DNA of 52,360 nt. It comes from Spirogloea muscicola (Eukaryota). Of the stretch, positions 12,501 to 21,928 are shown in pieces. The translations under genes were made by a program, and so were the position numbers. Each line of letters opens with the position of its first letter. Positions within the stretch are counted from its first letter, which is position 1. The stretch is from positions 655,780 through 708,139 of the forward strand of contig WELB01000014.1 in the NCBI GenBank assembly GCA_009602725.1, written 5' to 3'. Under the pieces are notes generated by a model, which searched no databases, had not been told where the DNA came from, and saw nothing but the letters and a program-made list of their open reading frames with translations.

Positions 12501-14033
12501 CGCCTTGGCCTGGAGCTCGCCGCGCGAGGCGTTGAGCCGTGCCCAGCTGTCCGTGTACGGCAGCAGCTCGATGGGGCGGCCCACACGGACACCACCAAGC
12601 AGCGCCGGCACGTCCTCCAGGATGCGCACCGCCACCTTGCGAGGCGCCAGCAAGGTGCTGCTGCGCAGGGGCGTCACTGGGACCAGGGCGAGTCTGACCA
12701 CAAAGTCGTCCTTGCCGCAGGCGCTACTGCAGTTGTCGTTGCACGGCGGTGGGCTGACTGGGGTCAGAGCCAGCGGCAGTGACGGAGGTAGCGGTAACAG
12801 CGACGAGCGCAAGTGCGCATAAGCCCAGGCAAAGCTGGCGGCAATGAGCTCACTCCAGAACTTGGTGCCATCTGCCAGCACCGCTTCGGGCGGCAGCAAC
12901 GCCAGCGGCAGCACCACAGCCGGCCCTGCGTCTTTTGGTATGACGGTCACCGAAGCGGGGCTTGCGTCGCTGCCTGCCGCTGGTGCGGCAGCCGGCTGCC
13001 ACTCGTCAGGAGCTGCCGGCACTACATTGCTTGCGCTTGCAGCCGACGAGGCCTGCTGCTTGGCCAATGCTCGCTCCTCGCGCCGCCGCCGCGACGCTGT
13101 GCGGCGCTCGGCTGCCCTCTCGGGCGTCCACTCGCCGCGGCCCTGTTGGCAGATCACGCAGCCGCACGTGTCCTTGCGATGGCCATACCACGTCGGCGGC
13201 CGCCGCGCCGTCGCACCGCCCTCCATCGCCAAGCGGCTGCTGCCTTGCAGCTTCTGGAGCTGTGCAGTCGCCAGTGGCGATGTTGTGATGTGGGTGGCCG
13301 CCACCTTTGGCATGTGGCGCTTCCTCTTGGCCTTGCTCGTCGCGGCTGTCACCGCTGTCCTGGCCGCCGCCAAATGGCTGCCAGGCCATGGTGGGTGCTC
13401 AGCATTGGGCTCCGGCGGCTCGCAAGGTGCCGGAATCGCAGGTGAGGCCTCTGCCATGGTCGTCGGGTCACCGGCGGTGGCGTGCAGAGGCGGCGGCGCT
13501 GCCAGCAAGCTGGCCTGCGGCAACGGCTGTCGTTCCTCACTGCCGGCAGCCACAGGCCATGCGTCGCAGTTGCAGCGATGGGCAGCAGCCTCGACTGCGG
13601 CCCAGTCGAACAGCGGCGGCAGTCGTGGCGGGGCCTGGGCCAGCACGGCGCGCGCCGGCGCCGCCGCCGGCGTGCTCGGGCTGCNNNNNNNNNNNNNNNN
13701 NNNNNNNNNNNNNNNNNNNNNNNNNNNNNNNNNNNNNNNNNNNNNNNNNNNNNNNNNNNNNNNNNNNNNNNNNNNNNNNNNNNNNNNNNNNNNNNNNNNN
13801 NNNNNNNNNNNNNNNNNNNNNNNNNNNNNNNNNNNNNNNNNNNNNNNNNNNNNNNNNNNNNNNNNNNNNNNNNNNNNNNNNNNNNNNNNNNNNNNNNNNN
13901 NNNNNNNNNNNNNNNNNNNNNNNNNNNNNNNNNNNNNNNNNNNNNNNNNNNNNNNNNNNNNNNNNNNNNNNNNNNNNNNNNNNNNNNNNNNNNNNNNNNN
14001 NNGCCGGCCGCGCGCCGCAATGGCCATCGTCAT
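6551..14033 (-). CDS. DML: DEMETER/ROS1-like 5-methylcytosine DNA glycosylase/lyase (multi-exon; 5' part spans an N-gap)
   Basis: Domain [38 protein letters not shown]...[12 protein letters not shown]. HhH-GPD region: [51 protein letters not shown]. Fe-S motif: [18 protein letters not shown]-terminal region: [62 protein letters not shown]. The start ATG at 14033 is tentative because of the gap. Confidence 0.95.
13685..14002. other. Assembly gap (Ns) inside the first exon of the DME-like gene
   Basis: Run of N. Confidence 1.
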
Positions 14034-14155
14034 CGCCGCCGTCGTCGCCGCCGCCGCGGGCGGCCGCCGCCGACACGCGCTGGCGTCACTACGGGAGTCA
14101 CGTGGGACGCCCCTCCCCACGTGCGCCGGCCTCCCCGTCCCCGCGCGCCCCTCTT

Positions 14156-14810
14156 AGCGGCAGTACTCCGATCACCCCCAACGCGATCAGCTCCTGCCAG
14201 CGGCAGTCGACGTCCTTGGCTGTCTGGGTCCTCGTATTCTATTTCTTACATGTCTCATGATCCTCACAGTCCTCGATTTCTGTGTTATCTTCCAATTCTT
14301 ACTTTTCTTATGCAAATGTTGGTAACTGGATATGATCTAGTTCAACTGTTTTTAGGCTGGGAAGGGGTTGGTCTTGCTTCTAAGTTGCTCATTAGTTTTT
14401 GGTTTACTCGTCTTCAAGCCAACAAAGCTGCCATTAAAGCAATGCTTGTGCATCGAGTAGGAGATTTTGGTCTCCTTCAGTACATTGCCAACCTAGGCTA
14501 CACACGACGTGCAGATGTGTTTCCAGCTAAGATGGGCTTGCCAGCTGCTTATCTGTCGTTCTTGCGACAACGAGTTTCGGCCTATTTGCAGCGTGCTCGG
14601 GCTAATGCCTTGCACCAGAAAGCTGGGCGAGCTCTAATTGGTGGCAGAAGGGCTTCGTATCTGACATCTAGTATTCAGGCATCAATTAGCGACCTTTATA
14701 TCTTGACCCGTGGTTACCGAGCGGGTCAACCTGCTGTAGGTTATGTAGGTTTTTATATGTGCTTGTCTTTGTACTCGGCCATTTGGCCTTCGTTTCTTTC
14801 AAATACCCGA
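14156..14810 (+). mobile_element. 5'-truncated CRE-like (RLE) non-LTR retrotransposon, subfamily B, interrupted by a nad5 NUMT
   Basis: 14156-14234 and 14472-14810 align co-linearly with 45455-45875, e.g. cagctcctgccagcggcagtcgac, [36 protein letters not shown] and the shared 3' UTR. Confidence 0.88.
14235..14471 (+). pseudogene. nad5: Mitochondrial nad5 fragment (NUMT)
   Basis: AT-rich segment encoding [19 protein letters not shown]...[43 protein letters not shown], the signature of NADH dehydrogenase subunit 5. Confidence 0.95.
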
Positions 14811-15959
14811 AATATGTTCAGGGGGGCCCTCTGTGTGCACCTGGCTGGCTATAATACAGCAGCTTTTTTAAAAAGTTCTTTTGGTTATTTCTTATCTGTG
14901 GTATTAGCAGCCGCATCCTATTTTCAATGCGGGCTTGCACTTCCTCCCCGCAGCTCATCTGACTTTCAGATTGCTTACACGGGAGTACTGAGCGCCCTGT
15001 TTGCCTAGCCTGTGGACTGTTTAATCATTTAACAGATTGATCCATGCCAACTTCTTGATTGTGCACCATATCGCCTCTATTATTTTGAGCTGTATTGTGC
15101 TTACGTGGTGCTTATTCGATGCTTGATACCTACGCAGGCATTTGTCTCAATGTTTTGCTAATTTCCTTCTGCTCTTTGTTTGGTATCTTCTGCCTGCCGC
15201 GTAAACCCCCTTACGCGTCACTCAATTGGCTATAAATCTGAGTCATCGACGTCGTATGGCAGCCGACATCATATGGCACTGACAGCCTCCGCATTGCCGG
15301 AAACGACCTCAGCACCTCCTAGATTGCAGCGCCAATGGCCATTCCCACAGCTGCCTGTGCTTGCGAATTCCTCCGCGCTGAATAAGAGGTGCCCCTCCGG
15401 GAATGCATACAGCAGCGTGACCAGCTTGCTCCCTTTCTTGGGATGCGCTCCGGCAGTTGACCTCTCGTAATACCTTGGCTGCGCTGGTCACAGTATCGCC
15501 AGGCTTGCAAACGAGGTGGCAGTGCTCTTCTTTTTCAAGTTACTGGTGTGATTCTTGTTGTTGCTACCCACTGCCGATGCCAGATGAGAAGAACCACACA
15601 TACCAAACATGCCCTGAACTGCACAAGTGATGTTTGAAGCCAGCAGCATCTCATTGTTCGCCTTGGTACATGCAGGAACTTCAGGGTCATACATCACCAC
15701 GCCGGCCGTCCTCCACTGTGGAGCCTTTCTTCATCATCTGGAAGTACACAAGGGGCATGTTGCCCTGTAGCCCTTTCAGAAGACGACCGAACCAAGCATG
15801 CCCAGCGGGCACTGTCGGTCCTTCAAGAACTACGGCCGCCAAACAGAGGCAACGCTCTACTGTCTAGATTCCTAGGGAGCATTAATGCCGCAAAGCATCA
15901 ACTCGATTGGCCCTCCTAGAGCCCTCAGTCCTGTTGATGTGCCCCAGCAAGGAGTGCCT

Positions 15960-17131
15960 CTACCGCCGCTTCTTGGAATATTTGGCCTTGGGCTTGGACG
16001 GGCTCATTAACAGCATGACAAAGAGTGCAACAATGGTGACAACAACCACAAGTGGAACGTACTGCCCAACCAGCTTCTGCATGCACACAGTGAGCAGTAC
16101 CGCAAGATGTAGCTCAGCAACTCTGCATCATAGGTGGAAAAGAGTGACCCACTCACAAGCAAGAGCGCAAAGCCTAGTACCCTGCTAAGTGGTGTGCATG
16201 TGCAGCGTGACTCACATAAAGCCACAGTAACCTTGGCTCCGCCGGCTTATCAGAGAGCACGTCAAGCTCTGGCAGAGGCGTCGAGACGGCCGTCTGCAAT
16301 AGCAACAACAGCAGGACGTACTCGGATGAGAACCCCAGTCCAAGCCCCTGTCTGACGCCACAGGAGCCGTGGATGCACCCTGTGGCGGTCATTCTTGCAG
16401 AGTAGACAGCACTATGCTTTACAGCATGTGCAGAGCCGGCTTTACTGGAAGGACTGCCAAATAGTGAGAAAGGGCACTCTCAGCATGTCGCTCCAATCTA
16501 TCCTGATGAGCCTTGACGATCCCTAAGTGCCAATATCTGCCACAAACCTCGTGAACACTGGCCAAGCATCTCTCAAGACCTAGTTCTCAATATCGGCTCA
16601 CTCTCCGCGCATGAGAGCAGTGCTGCTTGCGAGCAGATGAACCAGACTCTCCATCTTCGGGAATTGTGTGGCACCTGCAGGTCCGACTTGGTGGCGACGC
16701 GGTACTTGACAATGGCGGGCGGGCTCAGATATGGCCCCTTCTCCTTGGGCTTGAGCAGGAACGAGTGCTCCAAGCTGGGCCCGTTCCTGCTCCAGCGCAA
16801 CCCCGCCGCATCGACAGTGGCCCCTCGTCAGCCACTGCACCCTGTCCTCAGTGGGTGCTCAGTCTACGAGTTGCTTCCGGTGCTGGCTGCCACAGCCGCT
16901 GAGGCACCTCGTACAGTCCTCCATTACTGTCGTCCACAAAGCCCGCTTCTTGCGCTTGCGGCCCGAGCGGCGAGTGCCGGACTCAGCTGGCAGGCGGCCA
17001 TTGTCGGGCTGGAGAGCAGGGGCGGCACGACTCACGACTCCAGCTTGTCCCACGACGCCGTCGTGTTCCCCACGACCTCGAAGATGGACGACGGCCACGA
17101 GTCATCGTCCAGGCTCACGTCGTAGGCCGTG
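15960..17131 (-). CDS. SSR2: Translocon-associated protein beta (TRAP-beta/SSR2), 3' four exons only
   Basis: Exons: TAYDVSLDDDSWPSSIFEVVGNTTASWDKLES; PSLEHSFLLKPKEKGPYLSPPAIVKYRVATKSDLQ; TAVSTPLPELDVLSDKP; QKLVGQYVPLVVVVTIVALFVMLLMSPSKPKAKYSKKRR* (TM plus basic tail). The 5' exons are not found. Confidence 0.85.
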
Positions 17132-17395
17132 CTGCGACGCGGCGAGGCCAGGCCTCCGCGGTCAGCTAGGGCCAATGGGCGGCGCCAGCGGCATTGCCAG
17201 GAAGGCGTGAGCGGCAGTCGCGGCACCACGGGGGCGGCGGCAGTGGCGGATCCATGGCGACGGCCATCGGCGCCTGCCTTGGCCCTCGAGGCCGCAGCTC
17301 GTGACCGCTAGCATTGGCAGCGGCTTCGGCAGGGCGGGAGAGCTGCTAAGCGCAGGCATAGCCAGCCTGGGCCACGGTGCCCAGCGGCAGCACCA

Positions 17396-17396
17396 G

Positions 17397-17432
<36 letters not shown>

Positions 17433-17446
17433 GTGCGGCGGCGGCG
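17396..17446. repeat. (GGC)n microsatellite
   Basis: Directly visible; lies between two 5'-truncated, divergently oriented genes. Confidence 0.9.
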
Positions 17447-18646
17447 CGGACTTCCAGGACATGATCATCCCCGGGCCCAATGGCAGCCTGTACATGCAGG
17501 GCGGCGACGGCGGCGGCGGGCAGCGCGGCGGCATCCAGCGCCTGCCGCTGTTGGCGCGCGAGCTGGTGGAGGCGGCGCCGTGGGTGACGCGAGACGGCGC
17601 CGTCATCGTCGGCGGGCGCCGCGACTCGGTGCTGCTGCTGGACTCGCTGTCAGGCGAGGTGCTGCGCACCTTCAGCGCCGTGCCCGATGGCAATTCCTCC
17701 AGGCCGCCGGCGGAGGCGGAGGCGGTGCTGGATGCGGACCCCACCCTGGCGCGGCGCCGCGGCGGCCGCCCGCTGCTGCTCAAGCTCACCGAGTACTCGG
17801 TGCGCGCGCTGGAGATGGGCAGCGCCGTGGGCGCCGACCCCCACCGCGGTGCTGAGGAGGAGCGGTGGGCGGTGGCGGTCGGCGAGCTCAGCGCTGCGCT
17901 GCTGCCCTGGCAGGGCCGACCCGGCTCGTCGTCGGCGCCGGCGTCGCCGCCATCGTCCGGGCTCTGGGCCATGGACGCCAACAACACGCTGCGCCGCCTG
18001 GACGCTGCGTCGGGCCGGCCCAGCTGGGCCGCCGCATTCCACTCGCCGCCCTTGAAGCTCTTCTTGGGCGACCCGCTCGTGGAAGAGGTGCTGGTGCCAG
18101 AGGCCCCCGAGAGCCCCGTTGTCGGCGGCGAGCAGATCATGCTCGGCACGCTGCGCGGCCAGTACTTTGCCCTGCCAGCAAAGCGCGCCCCGCCAGCATT
18201 GCCCGCCGCGGGCAGCAGTGAGGGGCCGGCAATGGCCCTCGCCAAGCATGGCAAGTACACGGCATCCTCCTCCCCCAACGGCCCCTCAGACAACATGCCT
18301 CTGTCGCCAGGCGCAATTGCGGAGCTCGTGCCCTCCACAATCGTCCTCGAGGACGGCCCGCCAGGTCGGAGTGGCCCCACGGCACTCGTGCCCGTTCCCA
18401 TCACCCCTTACACGGCCGTCGCGAGCGACCTCTGTGAGGCGCCATCCGGCTGGACGACCATCAGGCTGGATGGTGCGCTGCCTGCTGTGACGACCCTGCC
18501 AGCCGCTCAGGCCCACCAAGCGCTTCCCTTGCCAAGTTCCTCTCTGCCACTGGACGCGCTGGCTCCCTCCCTCCAGACTTCCACGGCGCTGCTTGTGCTT
18601 GGGGGCTGCCTTGGCGGCCTGCTCCTCGCTGCGCTGGCCGCGAGGA
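17447..18646 (+). CDS. IRE1: IRE1-like ER stress sensor, luminal domain plus transmembrane segment (partial; kinase/RNase part not in this contig)
   Basis: IIPGPNGSLYM...IQRLPLLARELVEAAPWVTRDGAVIVGGRRDSVLLLDSLSGEVLRTFS matches the IRE1 luminal PQQ-like pattern. Also present are TEYSVRA, WAVAVGE and the TM segment ALLVLGGCLGGLLLAALAAR. Ends at the N at 18647. Confidence 0.75.
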
Positions 18647-18776
18647 NCGGCAGCGGCGGCGCTCGCTGGACTCGTGCCCGTGCGCCGGGCCTCGTCGCTG
18701 TCGCGGGCGCTCGGCGACGCCGCTGGAGCTGGCTGCCGCGTGCGTCGAGGCACAGCCCAGGCGGACAGCGGCGGCC

Positions 18777-19928
18777 ATGGCGGCTTGCGACGCCTTCCAA
18801 CGACAACCCTCGCCCGCCATGGACTTCCCGTCGCTCACCAAGCACGCCTTCGGGTCGACGTGCGGCGGCCACGACAACGACGGCGGAGCCTCGCCGCCGC
18901 CGCCGCTGGTGCTGCCGTCGGGGTGGTCGTCGGGCGACGAGATGGACGCGCCACCGACGCCGCCGCCGTCGTGCGCGCCGGCGCCAGCGACGCCGGCGCA
19001 GTCGGCGCGCGTCCAGGCCGGCCTGCGGCACATCCACCGCTGCCTGGTTAAGCTGGAGAAGAAGGAGCGCCGCGTGCGCGCCGTCCTCGACTCTACGCTC
19101 GACTGGCTCAGCTTCCCGGGCTTCGCCGCGCCCCCGGCGGCGCCCTTTCCGGGCTGCGAGAATTCGCCACCAGCGCCGGCGACGCCGACCGCCGTCGCGC
19201 CGGCGGGCGTGGAGTGTCCGACCGAGCGCGACGCTGCGGGGGCTAGCAGCGGGCTCTCGCTCCCTGTGGAGGTCTGTCGGGCTGGTGTCGTCGACGATTA
19301 TGATTATGTCAACGCCAACGACGTTGGTGACGTTACTTGTAGAGACTTCGTCGAGTTAGGGGACGAGCACGAGGACGAGGACGAGGACCGCGATGACGAC
19401 AAGGTTGGAGCTTCGGCTACAGCAGCAGTGGCGACAGCATCACTGCAGTCCAAGCGCAAGCGAGGCCGGCCGCCGAAGAAGCTGCAGCTGGCGGGACGCC
19501 GCTTGCCCAAGGCAGGTCGCAGCGCAGTCGTGCCGCTTCACAGGGGGCCAGGTCGTCCTCGTGGGCGCGGCCGCGTCAAGAAGGCACTGGAGCTCCTACC
19601 CGCAAAGCGGCGGCGGCAGGAGGAGCTGCTAGCTAGGGGCAGTGCCGTCCTGGCGAAGTCGGACGCTGCACCCCTAGGCGGCTCCGCAAGCGTGGAAGCT
19701 TCAACAGAGGCCGTCAGGGGAGTGGCAGCACTCATGCCGCACGATGTACTCGTTGCTCCTGCCGTTCCTGCGCAGGCGGAGGGCCAGCCGGTCGTGAAGC
19801 GCGGCCGGGGTCGCCCTCGCAAGCACCCTCGCCCCGTTGAGTCTATGCCGTTGGCGGCGGCAGTGGTGGCAGCGGCCCCGTTTGGAGCGGCTGTCATTGC
19901 GGGCCCCCAGCCAACTCCGGTTGCCTAG
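18777..19928 (+). CDS. Intronless low-complexity protein with AT-hook motifs
   Basis: 383-aa ORF with KRKRGRPPKK, GRPRGRGR and KRGRGRPRKHP, an acidic patch, and a short helical segment VQAGLRHIHRCLVKLEKKERRVRAVLDSTLDWL. Confidence 0.6.
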   Translation: MAACDAFQRQPSPAMDFPSLTKHAFGSTCGGHDNDGGASPPPPLVLPSGWSSGDEMDAPPTPPPSCAPAPATPAQSARVQAGLRHIHRCLVKLEKKERRVRAVLDSTLDWLSFPGFAAPPAAPFPGCENSPPAPATPTAVAPAGVECPTERDAAGASSGLSLPVEVCRAGVVDDYDYVNANDVGDVTCRDFVELGDEHEDEDEDRDDDKVGASATAAVATASLQSKRKRGRPPKKLQLAGRRLPKAGRSAVVPLHRGPGRPRGRGRVKKALELLPAKRRRQEELLARGSAVLAKSDAAPLGGSASVEASTEAVRGVAALMPHDVLVAPAVPAQAEGQPVVKRGRGRPRKHPRPVESMPLAAAVVAAAPFGAAVIAGPQPTPVA

Positions 19929-21132
19929 AAGAGCGTCGATGCAGGCCCGATGCCGCAAGCGCTGCCCTTCAGAGCGCGGCACAGCTGTGTCAGCACGTAC
20001 CAGTCTTGTGTTTACAGGTTGTATAGCATAGTAGTGTGTCTGGGCCTCAACAAGTAGGCGCGCCCCCACTGACGGCGGCTTCCTGTCGTCCTGACCATCT
20101 GCGGCTGAGCTCTTCTGTGCTTGCGCTGCGTGGCAAACGCAAGATCTCCGCAGTGGAGCGGCAGCATGTGTAACGCTGTTTACAGCCCACGCGCAACCTA
20201 AGCAGCAGGTGCAGTGCATGCACAGCAACCTCATGGATGTCAGGCACCCTCTTGAATAGGCTTGTCTGGTTGTGTCCAGTAATACTTTGCTACAGGACGG
20301 GGTATCAGGCATACTTTGATGGCCATCTGCTGCGCAGTTTTAAGTAATGTCCCTGTCAAGTGTTTCCTCCTGTCTGTTCTTGCAAGTGCGCTACTTGTCT
20401 GGGAGCAGTCTTGATCTAAGCATGTTGGCAAACAAAGCATCCACCATCTCTTAGGTTGTGTGTGAGTGGTAGATAATAGTCAGCTCAGCAAGTCTATACG
20501 GAAGCAACATGTTGCAGCAGCTTCTGGCAGGCCTTTCAGTGGTCTTGCAAAATATATTGCAGCAGTAGTTGGCGCCCATGTCAGCCAAGTGCGAAGTCAG
20601 ATGACATTGAAGAAGCAACCCTAGAGGCCAGCAAAGAGGATGTAAATAAGCACAGAAGGAAACATGCAGAGTCTATGCAGAGTTTCCTCCGGGCTTGTGC
20701 GCTGCTTCTCACAGGAATCGACTGTGGGGTCACGCATCCCCCGTTTGTAAAACAAAGCACAAGTCTATGGCCCACTGTGAATGTCAAGGTAATATGATGC
20801 AGTGTGTGCCATGTCTAAGGCTCAATATCTGTTGGCACAATGTGTAAGTAAGATTTGCTGCAGTAGGCGGAAGACAACACAACGCTACCAACCTCACTAT
20901 GCTTGTGTACTTTGGCGTGCCAGACGGTCACACCTACGTAAGGAGTTTTGTGAGTAGAGTACAAGGTCCGAAATGAAAGTAGTATGCTCCAAAGAGAGGA
21001 GAGGGGCGCAGTGCACATGCGTTGTAGGGCAGGCCAGTCAAGGCCAATGCACTGTTCAGGCAAAAGCTAGTGCAAGAAGTGGCCCTGCGTAACAGGAAGA
21101 AAGACTCTTCCAGTAGAGCGTGCTGGCTGTGA

Positions 21133-21180
21133 TTGGCCAGCCCAGAAAAGAGAATGAAGAAGTTACGGAGGGGCCAGAAC
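21133..21180 (-). mobile_element. Short 3'-tail remnant of the CRE-like family
   Basis: ggccagcccagaaaagagaatgaagaagttacggagggggccag resembles 1527-1570 and the reverse complement of 44908-44952. Confidence 0.6.
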
Positions 21181-21299
21181 AGCTCACAGCGACTCAAGCG
21201 CCACTGGGTGCTCCAAGTAAGAACGAAGCCTTGTGCTAAAGGGTGGCTAAGGTAACAGTCTGCAATTGAGCACACGCAACTCCGACAGAAGTGCTAACT

Positions 21300-21382
21300 T
21301 GGAGAAGAAAAGAGAAAAGGGAATAGGAAAAGGAATAGGAGAAGATAACGGAAAAGGAAAAGGAGAGGAAAAAGAGAGGGAG
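21300..21382. repeat. Purine-rich low-complexity tandem (GGAAAA/GGAATA)
   Basis: Directly visible. Confidence 0.8.
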
Positions 21383-21928
21383 ACCCGTCGGAACGCCCCC
21401 CGCCCATCAACCGCCGGCGGAATGGCGCGCGGCGGGACGGTCATCGGGCGGCCGCGGGAGCCGGGCGTCGGGCGCCCGGCGCCCCCCGGCGCAGTAGTCG
21501 CGCTCAGGGCGGGGGGCCTCGCATCGTCGTCCGGGGCTGTGAGGCTTGTCTGCGTCTGGAGAACACAGAGCAAGGGATACGTACTATAGAACAGATCCTG
21601 TTCAAGTATAGTCGTATTTCTGCGGAGAGAGGCGCTGGTTACATTGGCCACTGTTGTTGAATTGAATAGCTATTGTGGGATAAAGCAGCAGGGAAGTGGA
21701 CGGTCGAGATCCGCCNTCGCCGCCGCAGCCGCCGCCGCAGCCGCCGCCGCCGTCGCCGCCGCCGCCGCTTGCGGGCCAACGAGGAACCGCCGTCTCCCGG
21801 GCGCAGCCCCTTCCTTGTCAGTGGCTCGCTTCAGCACGAAATTCCGGAAGGCGATGAGGCGCTAAGGCCTCACAGCCTCACCATTAGGTGAGGCTGTAAG
21901 CTGCAGCAGCAGCGCATCTGCGCGAGGA

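Noticed and set aside
11261..14260. Long plus-strand ORFs opposite the DME-like exons
   Set aside because: Antisense shadow ORFs of GC-rich coding sequence, partly extended through Ns.
14280..14320. T-to-C differences in the nad5 NUMT (YLPIL, TFLM) as evidence of a donor with C-to-U RNA editing
   Set aside because: Other non-editing substitutions are also present, so neutral decay is sufficient. Cannot be tested without the mitogenome.
17377..19359. 660-aa ORF fusing the IRE1 luminal domain to an Arg-rich tail
   Set aside because: It reads through the N at 18647, a probable contig join. The downstream coding frame is different.
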